From Ophelia neglecta (Eukaryota), in contig OZ260661.1 of NCBI GenBank assembly GCA_965285935.1, positions 127,534,001 through 127,598,000 of the forward strand: a stretch of DNA of 64,000 nucleotides, in the 5' to 3' direction. This document shows positions 1 to 12,146 of the stretch, piece by piece; position 1 is the stretch's first letter; the number at the start of each line of letters is the position of its first letter. The notes beneath the pieces are model-generated. The model was not told where the DNA came from, did not search any database, and was given only the letters and a program-made list of their open reading frames with translations. Made by a program: the position numbers and the translations under genes.

Positions 1-1698
1 GTCTGCCAGAGAATGGATTGAACATAAGTCCATGCTACAGCTTTCACCAACTTATCTAAGTCTATAACCTGAATAACCCATTTTGTTTTTCGTATGTGTA
101 TGCAGGTGTGCTAGTTTATAATACTGTTAATGTTTTAATAACAGCGATGTTTGGCTTCGGCAAAATGTAGCTAATATTTGCAGTGGCTCAAAATTGCCAG
201 GCTAAATCGCTTCACATCATTATATTTGAGTGGATGAGGGTACGCAACACAGATTTTGCTTTAGAAAGGTCATATTTATGCATTGGTGCATACATCTAAC
301 AATTCATTGCTCAGTGTGTTCTGGATGTCATTTTAGGAACAGCGGCCTCTAGCTGTGGATGTGCTCGACATTGATAATCTGTGAATTCACCAGTCAATGC
401 ACGCTTGCTAAGCGCGTGACGTGATAGCTAATCTGTACTGGGCCAGACCGAGGTGACATTCATGACACAGGTCACTGTGGGACTGAACTGATAAAGTCGC
501 CGGCGAAAATGTTAAATTTCCAAGGCCTAGGACAAACTCAATGCTAAATTGTAAATTCTAGTAAAAACTCAATAACAACATTTGAAATGTTCACAGCCTA
601 ACATAAGTAATTATAGGCCTACAGTAAAAGATGCTTTATGACACTTGCCAAAGACCGTAGTGGCCTAAATGTGGCCATTCGTGGAGCAGTTAGACATGCA
701 GGCCTACCAATCAACTGGTCTTTGGGTGTGAGTAGCGATTGGCAAGGAAAAAAGCAATGTTAATCGGTTTATGAAAGAACACGATATACATAAATGGATA
801 CCTGAAAAAGGTTGCAAATGCAATGTTGGGACAATTCAGAGCACTAACATCCGATCTCCCGCCCACGGGAATTTTTTTATCATTCGACATGCATATTCAG
901 TGTTTAAATTTAGCAAAGAGAATGTCTGTTTATGGCGGGCTCGAACCTTTGACTGTTGAGTTAAAAACATTTAGCTCGCAGCGCTATATACAATTCGGTA
1001 CCCCACCGTATGAGGCCACGCTGGTTTGACAGGAAGTTTCTACGGATCAAGTTACAAAGTGGGGAACATAGCTTGTCGCTCTCTCATCGCGTAAGCGAAC
1101 ATAGAACATAGATTTTCTAATTTATGAAACAGAAAACATAAGCGTTTGACACTCTGTCAATTTATAATTAGCCATTTCTCTTCACCGTCGCTTTAAAACT
1201 CGCACGTCGGATCCTTAAAATTGTTTTTTTTTTTATAGCTAGGCCTTTATAATGGCACCGGGTATTTATGTGCTTCATCAAGAATATATCATAGCTAAGA
1301 ATATTTAAAAACATAGACTTTTCAACCCTCTGAAGGTATAAAAAGCGCTGTGTTCTTTCATTTATAATCTATACTGCCCGTCTCCCTTCTCGCTATATAG
1401 CGTCTAGACCAGCTCTTTACGGCTAGTTCTCCGTTTCTTGCATTCATATAGCAAAGTAGTTAACTCGCGAATTATCAGTGACGAGCAATTCACAGTAATG
1501 ATGCACAATTGGAAATTGCATCATTTAGATTGTCGTTGCGACTAACTCAATGCATGTTATTATTATTGCAGTGTGAAACTGAAATGCCTTTGTCTGAACT
1601 ATAATGGAGCTAATGAACATATGCACCACCGTCATACTTAACAAACATCGTACGTTGCAGATTTAGTCACAATAAAAGCTTTCCTGTTTTAATCTACA

Positions 1699-1945
1699 AT
1701 CTCTGCCCAAGTTGACCGCTGACTCGTTTATTTTGTGATCTGACTCGCATCATGTAAAAGTATTGGCTACTTCTCAAGTGCTATCATTTCTTTCTTCATC
1801 AATTTATATTTGCAGTGCATGCTTAATTACTGTGTGGGATCTTGGGATTGATATATGCGGCCCTAAGGCTGTCGGTTCCTGATGTTTATTGGCTGATTTC
1901 ATGAACCATGATTTGCTTTATCTAGTGGGTATCCACTCCCGTTTC
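1699..1945 (+). repeat. Old dispersed repeat family A, copy 1
   Basis: Motifs GTTGACCGCTGACTCGTTT, TGACTCGCATCAT, GGTTCCTGA and GGGTATCCACTCCCGTTT are shared with other copies in the window. Confidence 0.7.
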
Positions 1946-2264
1946 AAGTTCAATTGAGGTGGTTTAATCCTACAGAAGAGATACACCTCAGATATCTTAT
2001 ATTACTTGATCACTGTGTTCGTAGCATTGAACATTTCATGGCAGTTGTGCGTGACAATGCCTGATGATTAGGTGTCAATGTTATAATATATATATTCTGA
2101 CAACGGTGGCAGAAAATAATCATCTCGACATGTAATGTCCTCATACACTACAGCCAGCGACTGGTTACTGATACAAAAATTCCAACAGTGGTGTCCCAAA
2201 GTCATGACCCCAAAGGAAATTACTCACGGACGCGCACAACACTGTAAGTCAACAGCCTGTGTTC

Positions 2265-2277
2265 GCGCCATCTGGTG
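2265..2277 (-). promoter_or_regulatory. CTCF-like motif
   Basis: Reverse complement CACCAGATGGCGC matches the CTCF core consensus, within a small CpG-rich patch. Motif match only. Confidence 0.3.
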
Positions 2278-5200
2278 ACCTTTAGTGCGTCCACGTCCAC
2301 ACGACACTAAATTGGCGCCCTACACCTCATTTTATTTACCATAACGTTAGCCTTTATAAACAGCGCACGTGTTTTTCCAGAGATGGGAGTGATAGAAGTA
2401 TTGTCTCAACACTAAAGCCTCCCTCCACTCCAACCAAACAAACCGAAGTTGATACAATTTCTAATCGGGTAATACATGTTTTGTTCTTGAAATAACTGAG
2501 ATATAAATGGATGTCATATTGGTGGCTAGTACGACTCAGACTGGTGCTATAAAAAGAGAGCAGCATCGTGTTGCTGTTGCTTTTCTCAGAAAGCGTTCAT
2601 CATACATATGGGGGTGTATTTTGAAAGCAGGTGTGCTATCCGTGTTAAGAATAGTTGTGGGAAATGCATACATTTAACGTTCAGCGAAGTTGGTTTCTAG
2701 GCCGAAGTTCTCATTTCCATATAACCAGCCGTCTTAAAATGACGCTACATCGTCAAATAAACATCCACATAGCTCTCACTTATTAGGTCAAAATACGTTG
2801 GACCGGATCAGTGTAAAAAGGGGCTTTAAATACATATTTTTTATGGTTCAAACGTTCAAGAGAATGTCTTGGTGAAAAAGGTTTAAGTGGGTCTGAATAG
2901 TCGCCCTGTGCGCCTATTTATTCCATTATGAAATTATCTAAAAAATATCTTTAGTCCGAGTAATCATGAACACTCTGGTTCCTTCCGCTTCTGTTGGAAT
3001 GCTTCTGTTGCTATGCTGGACGCAAACAATGGAGAAGAGAAGCGGTCAAACGCCGTCAGCGTTTCTGGTCCACCATTCGTCCCTCCATAACATCATAAAA
3101 CTACAAGTAGCCATTAATTGTCTGATACAAAGAAACTACTAAACCTCTACTATTTATCCGATAGATGTCTCTCCGTGACTCAATCAATGACCAAACGGAT
3201 TGATGGAGACAAATATGCATCATTATAGAATTCGCAATCATCATTTTCTATCCCCGACATTGTTCTATCAAGCTGTGACACCCTCCCGATGGGGAGGCAT
3301 TGGCACAGTTGGCTATCGTATAGTTCAATCTAAACATGTGATGATTTTTCTAATCGTGTCCTTTCGCTATCTGTGAGGAGACTGAGGGCCTAGCCAAACA
3401 AGAAGAAATGACGCATGCAATGTGCAAATTTCAGTCCCCGACAAACTTTATTCACTCTATTACGCTAAAAGCCCATATGGTGCAAACCTAACCAACAGCC
3501 ATTATCCATTAGAAACTATGAAACGCATCACTCGTCGCAAACCATACTCCATTCTACAACTGCACACATAGGGTGCTAACTGCTTGAGGAAAGACTAGAT
3601 GAAGTAGAACTAGGCCGTATTGTTCGTACACTTTGCACACCGAATGCTAAGGTTGTTGACAGAGAGGGCAGGTGATGTATTGCAGCTGCCATTAGCAAAG
3701 GATTGAGCCTTCTGCCGCTAAATTAGGTGCAGATTACAGCAAGATTCTTGTATATTTAATTATGGTTGACTCAGTAATATCGCAGACGGGACTTCGAGTG
3801 ATATAACATATTAAGCGTTTGTATTTTGTATTGTTAAAAGCGCGCATGTCATTTAGGCGAGGAAATAAACCAAGAAAGTGACTTGTTTAGATTCATTGTC
3901 AACGGACTCTTAATCCTAAGGTTTCAGTGTCCATCGACTCTTAAGACCGTGGACGCTCAGTCCTTTGGTACCGGTTCGTCAGGCATTTGCTAGTAAATTG
4001 CAGTGCGGCTGCGTGACAACAATATGAAGAACAAAATACCAGACATTCATCTGTGACAACCTGTGCACATTTAGAATAAAAAAATTAATATATATTAGGG
4101 AATGTTAAACAACTCATAAAACGTATATGAATGTATTTTTATAATATGTATACCAAATTAAGCATCAGTTGGATACCACCAATGCATCTTGGGTAATCTG
4201 ATTTTATTATGATTATCAACGCTTACAAGTGTACTGGCATTCAATCAGGCAAAATGACAGTTGAATTTATCGGGAGCTGCCGTCTATTTGACAGGTGAGT
4301 GTAACAGCGAACTTCCATCACGGAAATTCACTGGTGTATTGCCTAGAAATAAATAGAGCAAAATCGACCTATAAATTAGCTTGTAAGGTAAATATGAACA
4401 TAGTTAAATTTGGTGCTACTTGCACCGAACGAAATCAGCATTTATTCGTCGAATGGATTGAAGTATAAACCAAACGATTCAGTGGTCAATGTAGGGCCTT
4501 GATGATATATAACCTTATATAACAATCTCTGTTATTATGCTTATTAGGACAATTTCTCCTTTATTCTCCAATCTATGAGAGAACGCAGTTCACCAAATAC
4601 TCTCCTTTGGTATATATTTTATATCTGGTCTATATTGAGTACTTTGTGTACGAATCATAAATGTTATAAATACAATGTATAGAGTGCAACACGGTATTTG
4701 GAGCATCTCTGTCATATCCAGGACAATTTATTTGTACAGGATGGAAGTTGATCATTTCGCACTTAGCAACGGCACGCCAAAAGAGAAAGATTTAGCAGAC
4801 CTAGATATACCCTGTTACATTATTTGTATGAATACTTAGGAAAATGTTTATTAGTTTGTATTGCAAGTAATATCAATTTGGTTTCGAATGTTTTATTGTT
4901 TAATGCTTAGTTACTGTTTAGGAGCTGAAAATTTATTTATTGGTGTGTTGGGGGTTGCGGCTGGCGGTTCCAGATACTTTCTGTTCGATTAAGTGGACCC
5001 AGCTTGAACAAACATTATTTGCTTTGTCAAACTCTCGTTTTTCCCGGCATGATTTGGCTTAATTTAGCTTGTCCTTAATATGGTTCAATTTACCATCATT
5101 TATGCAGTCCCTGAATCAACTTATCCCAGAATTTGCACTTTTATTTCGGTTTCCACAAAACAAGGGATCTTCTTGGTTTCACTCAAACTGTTCCGGGTTG

Positions 5201-7929
5201 CATCAATTGATTTTCAATTTGCCCTTCATTGCGCTTTATTGCGCTGGCCCAACTCATAAATGTCATGCTTCTCCCTGTATTTAAACATTTAGCCACCTGA
5301 TTTCGTTCTCTAATGTTCTTTCTTTGCTGTTTTGGAGTTTTTGCACATGCTTGTCTTGTTTCATTTCCCTATTTGTGTACTGAATTGACTTTTCCTCGCA
5401 GCCTCAGATTTTCCTCCGTTAGGATAATAATCATGCTTTTATTCAAACAATTTCTGCCGCAATGAAGGCAAACTTATTATTTTACCTTTCTCTTGAAATT
5501 TCCTTTTGAGTCGCAATACTACTGCTAAGAATGGGAAGTACAATCATATGGGCGTTTGTACCTTCAGCGAGGAATACATAGTGATTTTAACATTGTGCTG
5601 TTAACAGGCCTAGGTGGTCCCCCAGAGATGTAAATGAAGAAAGCCCTGGATCATCTTCTGCGTCTTCTTTCTTGGGCTTCCGGTTTCTTCTCCCGACAAC
5701 TTATCGTGGACCTCCTTCGACGGCTTGAGCTTGTACGTAAAGGGCGGCACTAATCTTTTGCTTTTCGTCTGTGGATTTACACAAAACAATCAGCTCTGAC
5801 ACAAACATGACTTGGGGGAATGCCTTGTTCCATACATATATGATAAACTCATGTAAACATCATATAATTGTGTCTATTTCTGACTCTTGCGTGTGAGATA
5901 ATAGATACTGGTCGCCGGTTGGTATTTTGCCCTGTCTTTCGGGAATTTCATTATCCCTTCTTGTGAACTACGTTCCTAACAGGGTATCAGTGTTGAACTC
6001 CCATTTGTTGTCATCTCCGATTCGTCATCAGTTTTAATCAATCGTGTAATAGTCTGAGAATTTCCCCGCCAATGATCGTTGACTGTTTTCGTGTACAATT
6101 TGGGCAATGCAATTAATACGGCTGCGTAAGAGTTTTATCACCCTATACATGGTAAACAACGACTCCGTTCAAATAAAAAAATGGGCGGGAATTGCCAAAT
6201 GAGTGCAAGGTTCACCAGCGAAATGCAGGTTTTGGCTTTGAGGATATTTAGTTCTGGTACCGAATGTTAAAAGAAAACACAATCAATTTTCATGGTCGTG
6301 TATGATTATGATGTTAGCTTCAACAAAATATCTTATTCACGGAGATGAGAGGGAAAGTATCCACTAACAGCCTTTTTAACATTATTGGTTATTAGAACAT
6401 TTCTTCCATATATGAAGACTCGCCTTCGAATATTTCCTGACGATATTCCGCCGTTGGATCTTAATCAAAGTATGCCTCATGGGTGTCGTTCTAAGTACTC
6501 AAGGATTAATGCGGCATGACAGGGAGTGAATTTGGTTCCCATCGCCGTAGCTTATATTTTCAGGAACATTTGTCATTTATTTTAAAATGGTAATTCTCCA
6601 AATTGAGTTGAACTGCTTCTTGCATAAATTCAGCAGAACACATTTCTCTTCATTTATTTTCCATTACTATTATATAGCTTAAAACTTTAAAACTTTTAAC
6701 CCAAACTTGATAAGTGGCGGCGAATTAAAAGCTGTTTTTCATACCTACAACCCCTCGTTCTAGCTAATTGTGTCACATTTCCTTCAAAACCTTTTATTGA
6801 CCCATCTCTTGATATTATGTTTGAAATACATTCCATACTGTTAACATGAAGTAGGAATATATACAATTTATTGTACTCTCAACAAAAAAATGATTCTTAC
6901 AATATATGTGACTACGAATGCAATAGACGATTCATATGTTGACTTCTAACTAACACAGGCGGAGTAACCAAAGGCAACGAGTATGACTGTAGTCAACAAC
7001 TTAAAAAAAACCATTTTCAATATGGCAATAAACACTAGGATATAACGACATACGATGAATAATTTTATTGGTTGATGCGCGCTGGTTATGTTACCTGACA
7101 ACATGAAAACGCGACGAGTTGGTTAGTGTTATTGAAAAAGGAACAACTAGATAATTTTGAATTGCTCCTAGGAAGGCTTCGTTGAAACCATGTGACGATG
7201 TGAGTTAGAAAGAATTCGCTAGCGCTACAATATTTTAATTTTCTCACGGCTACTTTTACTTATTTCATCTAAATTTGTCTCTTGACAGGCTGAACTTGTG
7301 GCCAATTCCTTTGCTTTTCAAATCGTATCTTCTTTAAGTTGATATTAATCATTTGTCAGGGTGTTATTGTACTCAAATAAAGGGCTGACTGCATTATAAT
7401 ATATTGCAATTAGAATAATTATATTAGCTATTACACAATTATATATAACTTTTCGCTTTTATTCTATGAGAAACACCATTTCAACAGATTTGTTGTTCAA
7501 TATCTTTCCGTTGGAATAGTGCCAGTGATAAAGTCCGACTCCAGTGAAGGTCAATGACGTGTACAAGCCGTATACTTCGGGCTATTAATCGTGCTAGGCG
7601 GTAAGCCAGTGAAAAAGTAAAGTGCCTACTTAATTGGAGGAGATCCCCCTCCCCCGGACATACTGTAGAAATCCCAATCCTAACCGGCAAATTCCCAGGG
7701 CTTAAACCACAAACTTAATATATAAGACATCTCCATCTCCAAATACTGGTTTGCTGTCCTGGGGATTTTCTACCCAAGAAGTCTGGGAACCTCCTGGGGT
7801 TCTTATATTTTTATTCATCGTCCATAATAGGAATTCATGTGGGCAAGTAGATCAATACTGTGTAGGACATTTGCGGTTAGTGTATGAAGTGGTTATTTGC
7901 CACCAGACGGGATGCCAGGTACTGAATAA

Positions 7930-8278
7930 TACTAAAAATGACCTTTATAGAACGATCCTTTCCTCGTTAATACGCGCAAGGGCGCTTTACAATTTTTTGT
8001 TTCATCTTTTTTTTTAATGTTTTCATGACAGTGCAAGAGCGCGCAGGCCCGCCATATATATAGATCTCACCCATATACACAGTCCGCAACCGCTCTGAGC
8101 TTTTAGTCCCACACAATCCAAGGCTATCTCAATCTCAGCTTCCGCTTCGGGGAGCTTTAAAACACCAGGTGGCGGAAGGCCACTTCCTTTCCAAAGGACC
8201 AGCGGGTCTGGGCCTGGAATCGAACTCGCGTCGTCTGAGTGAGAGTTCGACTAGTTGCCCCTGGACCACGCCTCCACC
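7930..8278 (-). mobile_element. tRNA-derived SINE with L2-like 3' tail
   Basis: The minus strand starts GGTGGAGGCGTGGTCCAGGGG (A box, 8258-8268) and has GAGTTCGATTCC (B box, 8216-8227). A GC-rich body follows, then TGTAAAGCGCCCTTG...AAGGATCGTTCTATAAA and an AT-rich tail, resembling L2-derived SINE ends. The 3' boundary is approximate. Confidence 0.8.
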
Positions 8279-9104
8279 TTGCAGTACAAATGATATATAA
8301 TTCCTAATGCTCAATTATTGTAGCACAAAAATATACTATTCTGCATAAGATTTATTTAGAAGTGTATGCTTAACATTCTGGTAGTGGTAGTGCTTGTCAC
8401 ACGCAATGCGCAAATCTGTTACTCTGGTTGTTAACAGTTAGGGAATGAACTGTTGAAGGCTTTTTACCAGAAATTAAACTAAGTGCTTCGGTTTATTGAT
8501 TGCGAAACAAAGGGATCGCTTGGTGCAAGATTTTCACCACTAAAATAAGGTGAATTGCAAAAAAGTCGAATAATTTTGTCGATTTACCTGCAGGGCGTAA
8601 TGGCTTTCCATGGATGTATCCATTTACGTTTCTGCAAATGCACAGTACGCTCCTTGGATAATGACTCCATGCAATCATATTTCATAGCCATAAATCTCCG
8701 CGGCAAGCACAACTTAAGCCACTAAACGAAAAACACAAACAACGAAATCAGTCTTGAAGCCAGATCCATTATACCGGCCCCATTTAATCATAATCCGTCC
8801 GCAGAAAGATTAAAATAAGCCATTTCCAAGTTCAACAAGGATTTAAAAGTTCGTTAGTTTTCAGAATGAAATAAACGCATAAAATGTTACCTCTTTCAGT
8901 GTTTTTTACGATTTAACTCAGGGGAAGTCGGATGCAAGCTAGTAAGAAATGTGCAATGACGATGAAATATTTATCTTTGGAGCCTGAGATTGATTAAATG
9001 TCATTCTAATAATGATACTACAAATGGAAGCTTCTATATATACACGCGAGTTATGAAGGTTGTAGAAGTCAATATTCATTTTGACAAAATACGGGCTTTA
9101 TCTA

Positions 9105-9265
9105 CAGTGGTCCCTGTGATGTAGGGCCCCTCCAATGGCATGCCACTTTTTTAATTCCCATGTCCTATCTTTACCATGTTAAAGTACCTCCGATGAATGG
9201 CCACCTGCAATGTAGGGCCACTTTTCATTGGATATAAGGGTGGCCCTACATCGCAGGGACCACTG
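9105..9265. mobile_element. MITE, Tc1/mariner-type (161 bp)
   Basis: 24-bp terminal inverted repeats CAGTGGTCCCTG(T/C)GATGTAGGGCC with one mismatch. TA flanks at 9103-9104 and 9266-9267. An internal partial TIR copy (CTGCAATGTAGGGCCAC) is present. No coding capacity. Confidence 0.9.
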
Positions 9266-10889
9266 TATTAACCATGTAAACTATGAAACCATGTTGCCGT
9301 TAGTCTTGATACAAACATCCAACTGCATCATACGCAACAAAAATGGTAAAACTGCACCACAAAGAATCGTTAATCACAGATCGATCACCTGAAGCCATCT
9401 ACATCAACATTGATTTTGCAGGAAATCTGAAAACACGTATGAGCTAGGGACATGGTGGGCACAACCTTTAGTCAAACTTTGCCTTTTGGAAAGGACACGG
9501 AAGCTTGTCAGATGACAGACTCCATTGTATAAATAGCTGGTAGCGATTTCTAGAAGCATCTTTAACTTTAAGGCTAATATTAGCCTATTAACGATTAGCA
9601 GACCCCGCATTGATCTGTGTTCCCATTATACCTTTTAAAGAAGACTAACACCGAGTATAATAACATAAAAGATTATACTTTTCGCAATAATTTGATAATG
9701 CACGTTTATTCAATTACTTTTTTTCCTTAAACATTATTTTTTTTGGACTTTCTACATGGCTGATCAAAATACTACGTGGAAATGATTTAACTTCTGTTAT
9801 TTACATAGTAATGGGAGTCAATGGTACATATTCTCTATGCACAAAAAGACATTCCTATACAATAAAAGCGTGCATGTTAATTCATTAATTGTGTCTATAT
9901 TATACCAAAGTGTTATGATTCCTTAAGGTTGGTCGTATTGTGCCTAATTTAACGTTAAATGCTTGTTCAATCAATGAAATATTTGCTTGCCAAGGCGAAG
10001 ATCAGTTCTGCGAATCTGAATGAAGAAGCATTAAGTGGTAAGTCGTTATCCACCTTTCGCCAATACCTGGCCGAGGAGGTCAAAATAAGTAACAAAAGCA
10101 CGTGCTTTATGGACTGTCATAGACAATCAGGCCAGGTGCCTGCAACATAAGCGTGGAGTCTAACCGGATCAAGAATACAATCAACTTGGCTAAAAAATAA
10201 ATGGCATCGCATGAAATGAACCACGGAGTCTTGTTCGCTACTCTGAAGGAGCCATAATTCTTAGACAATATATACTCGGTTAAGGTATCATGGTTTTGTT
10301 GCAGCGCGTAGGATGACGACATGAAACCACATTTATCTTAATTACCAAACTATACACACTAAATCACCTAGCGTGTTTATGAGTCTGTCTGAGAATGAAG
10401 AAGAGACCCTATGACCATCGATTTCAGGAACCGCAGTAAGTATATTACCTTCGGACGCTAATAAGTTTTATCTAAACGATTTCATTTTTGATGTTACCTA
10501 CAACGATGTCATGTACGTCAGGCATTGGACAAATACATCTGATTGAATTGACATTTCCTGAGTAATGACTGTGTATTTTCCGGTATTTACTCCCGTTGTT
10601 TGACGATTAACAAACTTATGGATTTGGTTCCACCGTATCCACCGGAATATGTAATGTTGCGAAGTGTTTACGGGTATTGTGAATGACAAGGCTGGGACAC
10701 ATGCAACTTAATAATTCTATCCCTTCCGCTTTGTATCAATTTCCCAATGATTTTTCTTTAATAATATTCCACACGAATACTTTCTGTGTGCCTAATTTGT
10801 CATATAATTGCGCAAATTATATGGGAATAGGTCAAAATGCATAATTTAAGTGATACTTGGCAGGTAAAACATAATTATAAATCACGATT

Positions 10890-11085
10890 AGTCCATTAAA
10901 CCGCCCCGAAATCCTCGGTAATCGTCAGCACAATTTTCAGTGATCTACACCCTAACTGCAAATAACCTGGTAAAAAAATTAATAGTAAATATTGACATCC
11001 CTTTGCGAATTTAGTCAACAGGGTTGTAATAATGCAAGACAGAGCACAAACCAAACGAGTCAGCGGTCAACTCGAGCGGAGATGC
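10890..11085 (-). repeat. Repeat family A, copy 2
   Basis: Reverse complement ATCTCCGCTCGAGTTGACCGCTGACTCGTTTGGTTTGTGCTCT matches 1699-1741. GATTTCGGGGCGGTTTAATGGACTA resembles copies 5 and 6. Confidence 0.7.
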
Positions 11086-12126
11086 AGTATGCCTAAATAT
11101 GGTTTAGGGTATTTCTTAATTAATAGATTGAATATGAATTAGTTTAGGAAAACATGGTCACAGAGGGACCAATGTCGACTTCTTAGCACGGACCAAACAC
11201 CGGACAGTCACTTATTGCCACTGGCCACTATGAAATTTGTGAAAATAGTTTTTTGAAAAACTATCTGCCAGAAGGAAGAATATTTATATTCAAAGACATC
11301 CAGCAAAGGTGGACAAAGCTTCATGCTTCAAGTTACATTTTGATATAACCTACGATTAAATAATTTAAGACCAGATGGTAAATATTCGGGCTTGTTTAAG
11401 AGAATATTCTTCCGATGAGAAAAATGGGTACACACCGGTATGTATCCACTACAGTATTAAGAAAACATCGCATAACTGAGAGCGATGCATATATATTATT
11501 AAGAAATGCTTAGAAACATGTTGTGATTCAATTTCAGTAAATTCAAATGAACAATATGTAAGTCTGTCCATGTGAATCATGAGTAGGTCACATAGAATTA
11601 GCAATATGCCCTAGGGCAAACAAACACCCGACCGTACGACTTAGTATTCCCCAAACAAGCAAAGGATGAAATATTAATGACCACAATGGGAAGAGTCTTT
11701 GTTATTGTCACGGCAGTGAATAACCTCTGTTGGCAAGGAACCATATGTGGCGTTTGCGTTAGTGCAGCGTGTAGTTTAGTTGTAGCAGATGGTAATTTCA
11801 ACCAGAAAGCTATTCCAAGGTTATCCATTAATAATATATTAATTGCTGGCCTGTAATGTACAATTCAAATGAAAGCTCAAATCGGTAGATATCCTCGTTT
11901 TGCATATTACTGTTAAGACCGACTACACCAAATGTGGCCTGAATGGTTTTAACAAGAAACATTCATGGAGGGGAAGAAACTATTCAATTGAACAATCAAT
12001 CATCAAACCAATAACATTTGTTTGCACTTGCAACGAACACTAGTCTTATAATAGTTTCTACTAATTAGACTGTAAATATTCGCATATATGTTTATTACTC
12101 CAGTAATAACTGTTAGTCTCAACCTA

Positions 12127-12146
12127 ATATATATATATATATATAA
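12127..12146. repeat. (TA)n microsatellite
   Basis: A run of about 10 AT dinucleotides is seen directly. Confidence 0.9.

Noticed and set aside
8205-8278. Functional tRNA gene
   Set aside because: A and B boxes are present, but I could not fold a convincing cloverleaf and the sequence continues into a SINE body and tail.
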